Positions 18,351 to 27,864 of a DNA stretch of 64,000 nucleotides are shown here, piece by piece (the first letter of the stretch is position 1; each line of letters begins with the position of its first letter). Made by a program: the position numbers and the translations under genes. Under the pieces are notes generated by a model. The model ran no database searches and was not told the DNA's origin. It saw nothing but the letters and a program-made list of their open reading frames with translations. The DNA is from Gammaproteobacteria bacterium (GTDB taxonomy: Bacteria > Pseudomonadota > Gammaproteobacteria > CAJXQU01), in NCBI GenBank assembly GCA_965238175.1, contig CBDEGZ010000003.1, positions 1,920,001 to 1,984,000 of the forward strand, written 5' to 3'.

Positions 18351-19079
18351 TTAAAAATTAATTTGTTTTAATAGCATTAAAATACCTGCAACAAACATCA
18401 TAATCATTGTATAGAAACGAAATCGATCTTTATCAACTTGATACAAATGGTTGCGTGCTAAATAAACACCAATAATTGCACCAGCACCTAATAGAATTCC
18501 ATAAAGTGCAATTTCAAAAGTTAAGACGCCAAAGATCGTGTAGGTAGTCAGTTTTGTTAATTGCATTGCAAGTGAATTGATCGATTTTGTAGCGACCAAT
18601 TGTTCTTTCTCAAGACCGTAGTTAAGCATAAAAGGGTTTAAAACAGGCCCCGTTGCACCGATCAGGCCGGAGAGAAAAGAGATCAAAACGCCTAAGGGAA
18701 AAAATAATAGTTTCTGCATTTTAAAGGTTAGCTTTGATTTTCCAAATTGATATTGAAAAACATAACTGATCAAAAATAGCGCGATAACAATTTGCATCCA
18801 TTTTGGATCAAGGAAACTAAATGACCATGCACCAAGAAATGCACCTATCAAGCTGCCAGGTAAAAGAAATTTGATCACGTTCCAATCCACATGTTCACGA
18901 AACATCCATGCACGTGCTGGATTGCTACAAATGGCCGCGAGTGAAATAATGGGAGCAACGTATTGAGCGCCAAGTAGAATTCCTATTACTGGAATTAGAA
19001 TAGTCGCTGCGCCGCCAGCAGCAATGGTACTTATAAACCAGGCAACTGCTCCGCAGAGAATAAGCAATAGATAAATCAT
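18351..19079 (-). CDS. Sulfite exporter TauE/SafE family membrane protein
   Basis: Internally repeated hydrophobic halves with G/P-rich motifs (AGGAATILIP; SGLIGATGP). Confidence 0.8.
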   Translation of the reverse strand: MIYLLLILCGAVAWFISTIAAGGAATILIPVIGILLGAQYVAPIISLAAICSNPARAWMFREHVDWNVIKFLLPGSLIGAFLGAWSFSFLDPKWMQIVIALFLISYVFQYQFGKSKLTFKMQKLLFFPLGVLISFLSGLIGATGPVLNPFMLNYGLEKEQLVATKSINSLAMQLTKLTTYTIFGVLTFEIALYGILLGAGAIIGVYLARNHLYQVDKDRFRFYTMIMMFVAGILMLLKQINF

Positions 19080-19092
19080 TGTTCAATATTTT

Positions 19093-19938
19093 CTAAATAT
19101 TCAATAATGACCAAACAGGCGTTATTGAACTCGACAAGGCAGGGAATCTTCCTGGTTGGTTGCTGTACTGTTTGTGACCATGGAAATCTGATCCTACAGA
19201 GCCCATTAGATCAAATTGCAAGGCATATCCCAGGCTGGTTTCAATCTCTGCAGGGGTGTAATAACCGCAAACGACTTCCATTGCCTGACCGCCATTTTCT
19301 TTAAAGCTGGTTAATAGACGTCTCATCCATGAGGCTGTTAATTTATAGCGTAAGGGGTGTGCAAGTATTGCGATTCCCCCAGCTTGATTTATAAGATTTA
19401 GAACCTTTTCCATTGAGGGCCACTCGGTTGAAACATAGGCCTTCTTATTGTTGCCGAGATAACGTTTAAAAGCATCTTGCGGATCTTTTGCGTAACCTTG
19501 TTGAACGAGGAATTGTGCAAAGTGAGGTCGAGTTAAAAGACCACCATTAGAAAACTTTTTTGCTCCTTCTAATGCTTCACTTATGCCTGCACCTTCGAGT
19601 TTTTTTGCGATCCGTTCTGCACGTTCCAGGCGTTGTTTCTTTATGCTTTCTAATGCTTCTTTTAATTGACTATTTTTTGGATCAATATTTAAGGCAATGA
19701 TGTGTAGAACTTTTTTATTCCAGGTCGCAGACATCTCGATACCATTGATAAATTTTATACCTTTTTGTTCTGCTATATTACGCGCTTCTTCCAAACCTTC
19801 GGTAGTGTCGTGATCGGTTAGTGACATTACATTTACTTTATTTTCATGAACCAGCTCAACGAGTTTCGTCGGTGACAGTAGGCCATCAGAAGCAGTCGAA
19901 TGCATATGTAGATCAATAATAAAGTTTTCTTCAGTCAT
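19093..19938 (-). CDS. PHP-domain phosphatase/nuclease (YciV/TrpH-like)
   Basis: DLHMHSTASDG, LTDHDT, RPHFA, AHP, GSDFHG motifs. Confidence 0.9.
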   Translation of the reverse strand: MTEENFIIDLHMHSTASDGLLSPTKLVELVHENKVNVMSLTDHDTTEGLEEARNIAEQKGIKFINGIEMSATWNKKVLHIIALNIDPKNSQLKEALESIKKQRLERAERIAKKLEGAGISEALEGAKKFSNGGLLTRPHFAQFLVQQGYAKDPQDAFKRYLGNNKKAYVSTEWPSMEKVLNLINQAGGIAILAHPLRYKLTASWMRRLLTSFKENGGQAMEVVCGYYTPAEIETSLGYALQFDLMGSVGSDFHGHKQYSNQPGRFPALSSSITPVWSLLNI

Positions 19939-19974
19939 ATGTTTATGATAATAATTTCTCTTCTAACTATTTTA

Positions 19975-21861
19975 TCAGTTTTGAATACTTTCAAGCTCTT
20001 CGTTTAATTCTAGCCAGCTTAATTCAAACTCTTCTAAGGATTGATCAATTTTACCTTGTTCGACCAATAACTGGCTTAACTTTTCTTTATTGGTGTCATC
20101 ATAAATATTCGGATCAGAAAGTGCTTGGTGAACCTGATTTTTTTGTGTTTGCACCTTTTCAATATCACGTTCAATATTTTTGATCTTATTTTTCAACGGC
20201 TGTAATTTTTTTCTCTGTTCAGCTTCAAGCCGTTTCTGATCTTTTTTCTCTATAGATTTACTATTGGATTTTTGATCTTTTTTATCATCTTGATCAGAAA
20301 GTTTGAGAGCAGATTTGTAGTTATCCAAATCACCATCGAATTCGATCATTTTACCTGCATTGATCAATAATAATTTATCGGTGGCTGTTCTGAGCAAATG
20401 TCGATCATGCGAAATGATCACCATTGCACCTTCATAACTTTGCAATGCCATAACAAGTGCATGACGCATTTCGATATCAAGATGATTTGTAGGCTCATCA
20501 AGCAATAGTAGAGAAGGGCGTTGATAGACAATGATAGACAAAACCAACCGTGCTTTTTCACCGCCAGAAAGTGGCCCGACCGGTTCCAGTGCTGAGTCAC
20601 CTTGAAAACCAAAACTGCCAAGATGACCGCGAAGATCTTTTTCTGTAGCGTATTTATCCAGACGTTGTAAATGAATAAGTGGTGAAACTGTATCATCCAA
20701 TTGTTCTAGCTGATGTTGTGCAAAGTAACCCAGTTTCAGATCCTTAGCTTCACGACGCACGCCGTGACGACTTTCAAGTTCACCGGCAAGTAATTTTATC
20801 AAGGTTGATTTACCCGCTCCATTGGGGCCGAGTAAACCAATCCGATCACCGGGAGTAAGATTCAGATCAATATCGGAAACGATGATCTTTTCACCATAAC
20901 CGACACTGGCATTTTCTAGTTTTAATAAACTGTCATAAATTTTTTCTGGCGGTTTAAAACTAAAATTAAATTGCGAGTCCACATGCGCAGGTGCAATGGT
21001 TGCCATCCTTTCCAGTGCCTTAATTCTACTTTGTGCTTGTCTGGCTTTGGTGGCTTGAGCACGAAATCGATCAACATAACTTTGAATATGAGCGATATCT
21101 CTTTGCTGTTTTTGAAACGCAAGTGATTGCTGCGCAAGTTGTTCGGCCCGGAGTGTTTCAAAACCCGAATAATTACCGGTGTAGAGTTTTATATGTTGAT
21201 GTTCAATATGCGCGATATGATCTGTTATTCGATCAAGAAAATCACGATCATGCGAGATCATTAACAACGTTCCGGGATAACTACGCAGCCAATCTTCCAG
21301 CCAGAAAACCGCATCAAGATCGAGATGGTTGGTTGGCTCATCGAGTAATAAAAGATCGGAACGACACATTAACGCCTGCGCCAGATTCAAACGCATCCGC
21401 CAGCCACCCGAAAATGACTCGACAGAATGATCATGTTGCGCTGTGGTAAAGCCAAGACCGTGGAGCAAACGTGCGGCACGACTGCTTGCGGTGTATCCAT
21501 CAATGCTAGAGAACTGTTCATGCAGATCCGCAATAAGCGTACCATCGACTTTTTGTTCGGCGATGGATAATTGCTGTTCAATCTGGCGTAATTCATTGTC
21601 GCCATCCAGCGTGTAGTCAATGGCGCTGGTTTTGAGCGCTGGTGTTTCTTGCGCGACGTGTGCAATAACCCATTGTGAAGGAATATTGAATTCACCAACG
21701 TCATTATGTAACTCATCAAGGATCAAGCTAAACAAGCTGGATTTTCCGGTGCCATTACTACCGGTTATGCCGGTTTTCCAGCCGGGATGGATCATAAAAT
21801 TCACATCCTCAAAGAGGATGCGTTTTCCACGACGCAGAGTCAGTTGCTTGAAGTTCAGCAT
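19975..21861 (-). CDS. yheS: ABC-F family ATPase (YheS-like)
   Basis: Two ABC cassettes (GSNGTGKS/FSGGW/LDEPTNHLD and GPNGAGKS/LSGGE/LDEPTNHLD), no TM; start at the ATG at 21861. Confidence 0.88.
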   Translation of the reverse strand: MLNFKQLTLRRGKRILFEDVNFMIHPGWKTGITGSNGTGKSSLFSLILDELHNDVGEFNIPSQWVIAHVAQETPALKTSAIDYTLDGDNELRQIEQQLSIAEQKVDGTLIADLHEQFSSIDGYTASSRAARLLHGLGFTTAQHDHSVESFSGGWRMRLNLAQALMCRSDLLLLDEPTNHLDLDAVFWLEDWLRSYPGTLLMISHDRDFLDRITDHIAHIEHQHIKLYTGNYSGFETLRAEQLAQQSLAFQKQQRDIAHIQSYVDRFRAQATKARQAQSRIKALERMATIAPAHVDSQFNFSFKPPEKIYDSLLKLENASVGYGEKIIVSDIDLNLTPGDRIGLLGPNGAGKSTLIKLLAGELESRHGVRREAKDLKLGYFAQHQLEQLDDTVSPLIHLQRLDKYATEKDLRGHLGSFGFQGDSALEPVGPLSGGEKARLVLSIIVYQRPSLLLLDEPTNHLDIEMRHALVMALQSYEGAMVIISHDRHLLRTATDKLLLINAGKMIEFDGDLDNYKSALKLSDQDDKKDQKSNSKSIEKKDQKRLEAEQRKKLQPLKNKIKNIERDIEKVQTQKNQVHQALSDPNIYDDTNKEKLSQLLVEQGKIDQSLEEFELSWLELNEELESIQN

Positions 21862-21972
21862 GATTATGAAGGCGGCAAATAAAGCGACAGAGTATATACC
21901 CAAATTACCTGAAAATGCCGGATTATAATCCTTCTGTTTTGATCCGAAGTGTGGTTGCCCCTTGCTGGATTG

Positions 21973-23151
21973 TTACTCGGTTTCTAGTTGCTCACTGTCG
22001 GGGTTGGCGAAAGTGATCAACTGTGTCACTTCGGCCGATTCTGGCGCCACCGCCATCGGTGCCAGCATACCGGGAAGAATTTCCAGATCGTATAACTCAG
22101 ATAACTTGCCATCAATGCGTAACCAGTCAACACAGGTGCCTGTCGACAACTGAATAACTTGAACACCACACCACGGATCTGAATCAACATCTTTAAGTTT
22201 TTGATCAAGCGGTAAACCTTCAAAGCGTTCATAGCGTGGTTTGGATAAGCCGACAAACGCAAAATCACCACAAAAAGCCAGTCCGCGTACAAAACCGGGG
22301 CAAAAAGCACGCGCTTCAAACTCACCTTCGGTATTGTCATCTTTGCGTTTCACCACACCTAATTCACCGGTGCCGGAGTTTAACAACCACAATTCGCCAT
22401 TATGTATGCGCGGGGAATGCGGCATGGACAGGCCACGGCAGATAATTTGATCATTTTCAATATCGATGACAATGCCGCCGCCGGAACGTCGGTCGCGCCA
22501 GCCATCAATTGTGTCAGAGGCTGAGACTGCGGTGGCGTATCGTGGCTGATCCCCCTCCATCGCCAGGCCATTGAGATGACAGCGATCTTCATTAACCAGG
22601 GCGGAAATAAAAGGTGGTTGCCATAACACTTCAAAACTGTGTTTATCAGACACCGTGGCAAGGCAGTTATAGCTTGTGTTGATAAACACCGCCCGGCCTT
22701 TTTTGTCTATTCCCACATCGTGTGCATCTAGTTGGCCGGTGTTGTGTATCACACGCGGTACATAGCAAGCATCATGATGGTGATTAATCCGTTGCTCGGC
22801 TTCTAATACATTTTGAAAACGCAAAATCTGATACGCACCGGACAAGGTCAAGCCGCCACTCTCATCCAGAAACAAACCCATCGGACGCGCAACTGCGGAC
22901 TGATGGATATGAAGACCACCCTGATTATTATGGCCGACTAAATACAGCAGATTAGATTCGTAAGAGGTAAACGCGAAGGAGGCATTCAGGCTTTTTAAAC
23001 GCGCTAATAATCCAGCTGAAGATGAAAACTTGATCGGCTCAGCCTCTGCTTGTTCAGGTTGTTTTTCCTGGTTAGCCGACTCATTCGATTCTGTTTGATC
23101 ATTCTTCGAATGATCTTTTGCGGTTTGAGTGTCTTCGCGTGTGCTGCTCAT
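21973..23151 (-). CDS. TIGR03032 (DUF4915) family protein
   Basis: DACYVPR..H.TG.LD.HD, EDRCHLNGLA, GLSMPHSPR, FCPGF.RGL, FVGLSKPR motifs. Confidence 0.85.
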   Translation of the reverse strand: MSSTREDTQTAKDHSKNDQTESNESANQEKQPEQAEAEPIKFSSSAGLLARLKSLNASFAFTSYESNLLYLVGHNNQGGLHIHQSAVARPMGLFLDESGGLTLSGAYQILRFQNVLEAEQRINHHHDACYVPRVIHNTGQLDAHDVGIDKKGRAVFINTSYNCLATVSDKHSFEVLWQPPFISALVNEDRCHLNGLAMEGDQPRYATAVSASDTIDGWRDRRSGGGIVIDIENDQIICRGLSMPHSPRIHNGELWLLNSGTGELGVVKRKDDNTEGEFEARAFCPGFVRGLAFCGDFAFVGLSKPRYERFEGLPLDQKLKDVDSDPWCGVQVIQLSTGTCVDWLRIDGKLSELYDLEILPGMLAPMAVAPESAEVTQLITFANPDSEQLETE

Positions 23152-23238
23152 GTGATTTGCCTCTTTATTAATATTGTGGATTTACTGTGCAGCAGACTAG
23201 AGGACGATTTAGACAAGCGCAAGCTTTACATTCACCAT

Positions 23239-23283
23239 AAAAAATAAAAAAAGCCAGCTTAAACAGATATCGCTTAAACTGGC
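23239..23283 (-). terminator. Rho-independent terminator after the VPLPA-CTERM gene
   Basis: On the minus strand GCCAGTTTAAG...TTTAAGCTGGC followed by a T-rich tail. Confidence 0.7.
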
Positions 23284-23312
23284 ATATATCATTGATCGTT
23301 AGCGTCTTAAGT

Positions 23313-25790
23313 TTAGGCCGCCGCTTCTTTACGTCGTCGTCGCATCATGGTCAAACTGATCAAGCCCGAACCAAACATCCAAACAGCGGCAGGGACTGGC
23401 ACAGCCGATGTTTGAATATCCGTTAACGTCAGCGCGACAGCTAGATCGCCGGCGCCTAAATTATGATCATAATTGATCATAAAACTCAACAGTGAACCAC
23501 CCGCCGTCAGGCTAAAGCTTGAGTCATCGGTTAATGTCGAAGTGGTGCCGTTGTCATCAAAGCGGAACAGGCCGGATTGCGAGGTATCGTAATCTACCAG
23601 GGTAAAAATTTGATTGACTGCCCAGGCGCTGGGGTCATCAATTTCGAGGTCAAGGAAAACACTATTTGCGCCCGTCAATGCGAAGGTATCGGCATTGAGT
23701 AAACTGGTGTCTGAACCATCGAGGAAAAGTGTCAAATGACCATCGCCAAGCAAGGAAATATTGCCCGCACTGACGGTATCAACAATGGCCAGGTTGGCAC
23801 CGGCATCAATCTCGACTTCAGTTGTACCGGAGATATCACCCACCTGTCGTTGCGTACCGCTGTCAATATTGACCTTGCTGACGTTGGTTAAGCCGTTAGA
23901 GACAAACGTATTACCGTTACCGACATTGACATTGACGATATCATTGACGATACCATTATTAACCTTACCGACAATACCACCTGATATCGTACCGCCAGTA
24001 ATGTTGACCGTATCGACGTTAGTACCGAGCAAAATATTGCCGTTTATTTGGCCTGCCTGTTGGTTGATGGTGTTTTGGCCTGTGGTCACATCGCTGACAT
24101 CAATTGCTACGCCATTACCACCTTGTATTGTACCGTTATTGGTGATGGTTAGACTACTTTCAGAACTGTCAATGTCTACAGCCGCGCTGCTATTTGATGT
24201 GATGGTGCCGTTATTAGTAATCGTGCCGTTGAATGAACTGGTAGGATTACTACCTCTATCTACAGACAAACCATTACGGGTGCCTCCACTCACGGTACCA
24301 CCGGCTGTCACCGTGACATTCAGAGTATTAGCGCCGTTGCTGTTGTTGCGAACCCTAATACCATTTCCACGGCCACTCACATTGGCCGTGGTGATGTTTA
24401 TGTTGCCAGAGGAGTCGGCATAAATCCCGGCAGAGTATGCACCTCTACTGCTTACCGCACCTGCGCTGCTGTCGATGGTCACAGCACCTGCGCTGCTCTC
24501 GGCGCGAATACCATGTCCACCGCTACTCACATTGGCCGTGGTGATGTTGAGGGTGCCAGAGGAGCGGGCATTAATCCCGTCAGAGTACATACTTGTACTG
24601 CTTACCGCACCTGCGCTGCTGTCGATGGTCACAGTACCTGCGCTGCTCTCGGCGCGAATACTATTTCCACCGGCACTCACACCGGCTGTGGTGATGTTGA
24701 GGTTGCCAGAGGAGGAGGCATAAATCCCGTTAGAGTATGTACCTCTACTGCTTACCGCACCTGCGCTGCTGTTAATGGTCACAGCACCACCTGCGCTGCT
24801 GTTGGCGCGAATACCATTTCCACCGGCACTCACACCGGTTGTGGTGATGTTTATGTTGCCAGAGGAGGTGGTGGCATCAATCCCGGCAGAGTTTGTACTG
24901 CTTATCACACCTGCGCTGCTGTTGATGGTCACAGCACCAGCATCGCTATCGGCGCGAATACCATTTCCACCGGCACTCACATTGGCCGTGGTGATGTTGA
25001 GGTTGCCAGAGGAGGTGGTGGCATCAATCCCGGAAGAGTATGCACCTGTACTACTTACCACACCTGCGTTGCTGTCGATGGTCACAGCACCAGCATCGCT
25101 ATCGGCGCGAATACCACTTCCACCGCCACTCACATTGGCCGTGGTGATGTTTATGTTGCCAGAGGAGTCGGCATTAATCCCGTCATAGCGTGTACCGCTC
25201 ACCACACCTGCGCTGCTGTTGATGGTCACAGCACCTGCGCTGCTCTCGGCGCGAATACCATTTCCACCGCCACTCACACCGGCCGTGGTGATGTTTATGT
25301 TGTTAGTAGAGTCGGCATTAATCCCGTCATAGGTTGTACCGACTACCTGGCTAACATTTGTGGTGTTAATGCTCAAATCATTAGTGGTATTACGATTACG
25401 GTTGTTCGCTGCAATACCATTTTCAGCACCTGCAATCAGTGCGACATTGCTGCTGGCGCTGAAGGTAATGCCACTGTTGCTTTCCAGAGCAAACGCATTA
25501 CGACCCGTGGTTCGTGTATCGAGCCCAAAACCGGCGCTGAGCGTGACCGACAAGAGGCTACCAGTGGCAGATAAGTTTTGAGTGGTGTCGCTGACACTAT
25601 TAGCCGCATTTGAACAAACAAAGTTAGGGCTTGGGCCGGTACAGGTGCCCGCGTAGGCTTGTCGTCCGCCATAACCGCCACCCAGCAGTGCAGTGGCTAC
25701 TGCTGAATGCAGTGCCAGTTGTCGCCAGGGTTTTGAGTTTGTTGTTTTAGTTGCGTGTTTTGGTTGCTGTTTTTTTACTGGTGATTTCAT
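23313..25790 (-). CDS. Repetitive Gly/Ser/Asn-rich beta-helical surface protein with VPLPA-CTERM-type (PEP-CTERM family) sorting signal
   Basis: Long signal region ending AYA; autotransporter-passenger-like repeats; C-terminus VPVPAAVWMFGSGLISL..RRRRK; no beta-barrel. Confidence 0.82.
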   Translation of the reverse strand: MKSPVKKQQPKHATKTTNSKPWRQLALHSAVATALLGGGYGGRQAYAGTCTGPSPNFVCSNAANSVSDTTQNLSATGSLLSVTLSAGFGLDTRTTGRNAFALESNSGITFSASSNVALIAGAENGIAANNRNRNTTNDLSINTTNVSQVVGTTYDGINADSTNNINITTAGVSGGGNGIRAESSAGAVTINSSAGVVSGTRYDGINADSSGNINITTANVSGGGSGIRADSDAGAVTIDSNAGVVSSTGAYSSGIDATTSSGNLNITTANVSAGGNGIRADSDAGAVTINSSAGVISSTNSAGIDATTSSGNINITTTGVSAGGNGIRANSSAGGAVTINSSAGAVSSRGTYSNGIYASSSGNLNITTAGVSAGGNSIRAESSAGTVTIDSSAGAVSSTSMYSDGINARSSGTLNITTANVSSGGHGIRAESSAGAVTIDSSAGAVSSRGAYSAGIYADSSGNINITTANVSGRGNGIRVRNNSNGANTLNVTVTAGGTVSGGTRNGLSVDRGSNPTSSFNGTITNNGTITSNSSAAVDIDSSESSLTITNNGTIQGGNGVAIDVSDVTTGQNTINQQAGQINGNILLGTNVDTVNITGGTISGGIVGKVNNGIVNDIVNVNVGNGNTFVSNGLTNVSKVNIDSGTQRQVGDISGTTEVEIDAGANLAIVDTVSAGNISLLGDGHLTLFLDGSDTSLLNADTFALTGANSVFLDLEIDDPSAWAVNQIFTLVDYDTSQSGLFRFDDNGTTSTLTDDSSFSLTAGGSLLSFMINYDHNLGAGDLAVALTLTDIQTSAVPVPAAVWMFGSGLISLTMMRRRRKEAAA
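24357..25335 (-). repeat. Intragenic tandem repeat, about 6.5 copies of ~150 bp (48-51 aa)
   Basis: GTGGTGATGTT anchor at 24388, 24538, 24688, 24841, 24988, 25141, 25285 (spacings 150,150,153,147,153,144). Confidence 0.9.
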
Positions 25791-25833
25791 TAGGTCTCCC
25801 GATTCATTTGTTGTTTATCTATTTTATTCTCCC

Positions 25834-25864
25834 TTCATGTCTAGCAATTCATGTCTAGCAATTC
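25834..25864. repeat. 14-bp perfect tandem duplication upstream of the surface-protein gene
   Basis: TTCATGTCTAGCAA x2 plus TTC. Confidence 0.85.
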
Positions 25865-26100
25865 TTATATTTATTCTTCAATATCATAAGGTTAGGTTTG
25901 TTGTGGTAATAGAGGTGGTATAAAAAGGCTGGAATGTGTTGCCTGCGAGCGACAGCAGGACATGTTTTTGGTGGGTTGATGTGAATGACACCAGAAAGGG
26001 GTTGTCGTCTGAATAGTTATTGCCTATACCCGTGCCATCTGGAAATGCAGGTGGCAGCTCGTAGGGCGCCGAATTTGAAATAGCACAAATTCGATTATGC

Positions 26101-26316
26101 ATGTACAAATGGACTATTGGACTATGGCAACGCCGATATTGGGAACATTTTATCCGAGATGAAGGTGATTTTCGTGCCCATATGGATTATGTTCATATTA
26201 ATCCAGTCAAACATGGTTTAGTTGAGCAAGTTAAAGATTGGCCATATTCGACTTTCCACCGTGGGGTTAATGAAGATGTTTATTTTGAAAGTTGGACAGG
26301 AGGTTTAAGAAGATAA
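26101..26316 (+). pseudogene. 5'-truncated REP-associated tyrosine transposase (RAYT)
   Basis: WQRRYWEH.IRDE.D...H.DY.H.NPVKHGLV....WPYS motif; N-terminal HUH motif absent. Confidence 0.85.
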
Positions 26317-26342
26317 AGTATCTTATCAGGATTAGTTTATAC

Positions 26343-26369
26343 GGCGCATTGCAAGCGAGTGCGTCCTAC
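26343..26369 (-). repeat. GTAG-family REP-like element
   Basis: Minus strand GTAG-GACGCACT-cgcttgc-AATGCGCC imperfect palindrome next to the RAYT remnant. Confidence 0.6.
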
Positions 26370-26485
26370 GGGCTAAGACGTTTTCTTATCCTCACAGTTA
26401 TTGTCCATAACTGAAAATCAACATTCCATAAGGATGAAAGTTTCAAGTATTCGTTCTAGAATGAAACTCAATATAACGTTCATGG

Positions 26486-26953
26486 GTGATGTTGAAAATG
26501 TCTAAACTGATTTTGTGGCTTGTGGTTATTATCAATAGTATTGGGCTTGGTTATTTGTTCTATTTTAATCAAGCTGGATCTGGCCAACTTCAATCAGATC
26601 AGCACGGAAATGTATCAGAAATTCCTGATTTAGTCGGCACATGGAGTGGTGAGAATGTCACGGTGTCGGATCTAAAAGGTTATAAAATCTGGGGTAATAA
26701 GGTCATCCATATTACTGAACAAAAAGATCGGCGTTTTCGCGGCACGTTTACATATCCAGATGGCACCAAAAACTTTTTCGGTGTGATCTACCCTGACAAT
26801 ATTTCGTTCACCTGGGTTGCTAGCAATAGTCGCGGCTATAACCATGGTCGAATTCTTGATCAAAATAAAATTGCGGCTTGTTACGTGGAAGCGTGGGAAG
26901 AGGCGACTACGGGTTGTGCGACGCTTGAAAGAGAAAAGGTTACAGAGCAATAA
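26486..26953 (+). CDS. Hypothetical exported/membrane-anchored protein
   Basis: N-terminal hydrophobic helix; beta-rich body (P.LVGTW.G) with two C-terminal Cys. Confidence 0.65.
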   Translation: MMLKMSKLILWLVVIINSIGLGYLFYFNQAGSGQLQSDQHGNVSEIPDLVGTWSGENVTVSDLKGYKIWGNKVIHITEQKDRRFRGTFTYPDGTKNFFGVIYPDNISFTWVASNSRGYNHGRILDQNKIAACYVEAWEEATTGCATLEREKVTEQ

Positions 26954-27299
26954 CGTCGATTTTTTTGATCACACCTTGGTCAGAGAATACGATATTTTCT
27001 AAACCTGATCGTTTAATCACTCCGTTAGTCTCGTTATTCGTCGTGGTCATCACAAAAGTGAAACTGACAGTTTGATCTTCTGGGGTTTGATAATTCTCGA
27101 CTTGCCAGTGAACATCGGGGAATCGACTGAAAAAGTCATTCATCATTTCTGCTACTGCTTTTTTACCGACAAACTCTCCGACACTTATCGAGCTGTAAAG
27201 AATATCATCGGCGAGTAAAGGTAAGATTAACTTGACTTTGTGTGCATTCGATAAAGCCACATAGGCTTTCGCTAGTTCTATCTGTTCTTTTTTATTCAT
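26940..27299 (-). CDS. SnoaL-like / NTF2-fold protein
   Basis: 119 aa; Y..A.N......L.DD..Y......G.F.G pattern. Confidence 0.75.
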   Translation of the reverse strand: MNKKEQIELAKAYVALSNAHKVKLILPLLADDILYSSISVGEFVGKKAVAEMMNDFFSRFPDVHWQVENYQTPEDQTVSFTFVMTTTNNETNGVIKRSGLENIVFSDQGVIKKIDVIAL

Positions 27300-27402
27300 T
27301 TTGCTAGTTTGTGAAGGAAAAAGCCCTTAAGGTGAGGACTATTTACCATATTGCTAGCCACTATTTTGCAGCAATAATTACTGAGAGGGGAATACCGAAA
27401 GC

Positions 27403-27537
27403 TTAGGCTTCAGGTTTATGTCTTCTTTGCCTTTTAGATTCAGATTGTTTTTGTCTTATTGCAATAATAGTCAAAACAGCACTTGTGCTTGCGCCGATAA
27501 TAACTAAGAGAGCTTCTGTATCTAAGATTGCTGGCAT
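27403..27537 (-). CDS. Small (44 aa) single-TM protein
   Basis: Hand translation MPAILDTEALLVIIGASTSAVLTIIAIRQKQSESKRQRRHKPEA; GGGGA RBS upstream of the ATG. Confidence 0.55.
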   Translation of the reverse strand: MPAILDTEALLVIIGASTSAVLTIIAIRQKQSESKRQRRHKPEA

Positions 27538-27591
27538 ATTATTTCCCCGGTATTATTATGTAGGTGTCAAAGACCCGTTGTTTATAAGGAT

Positions 27592-27609
27592 GTCTTCACA
27601 TGTGAAGAC
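27592..27609. promoter_or_regulatory. Perfect 18-bp palindrome, operator-like
   Basis: GTCTTCACA|TGTGAAGAC with no loop. Confidence 0.5.
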
Positions 27610-27864
27610 GGATGTTTGTCTGTAACCTTTTGATTTCCAAACTGAAAATATTTATAGCACATATTAAACAAAAAGACACATCTAATTTCCATCGTATTTT
27701 TAAATCAATTATCGGATGAAAACAGGTCTTTTCAAATAATTGTGCCGCCTTATATTTTTAGTTCAAAATAGTTCGATATATAACAATAACTTGAAAACTA
27801 TTTGAACCCTGATGTATTAACTTCTATTATCCCGCCACATAAAAATTTAAAAGGAATGTACTCA

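Noticed and set aside
24357-25335. Regularly spaced repeats as a possible CRISPR array
   Set aside because: Units are ~150 bp, multiples of 3, similar along their whole length and inside a coding frame; no unique spacers or cas genes
24513-25574. 353-aa plus-strand ORF (and 23761..24423)
   Set aside because: Antisense shadow of the repetitive surface-protein gene; no independent protein features
25884-26108. 74-aa minus-strand ORF between the surface protein and the RAYT remnant
   Set aside because: No recognisable motif or RBS and it crosses the REP-like site; could be debris but cannot be supported
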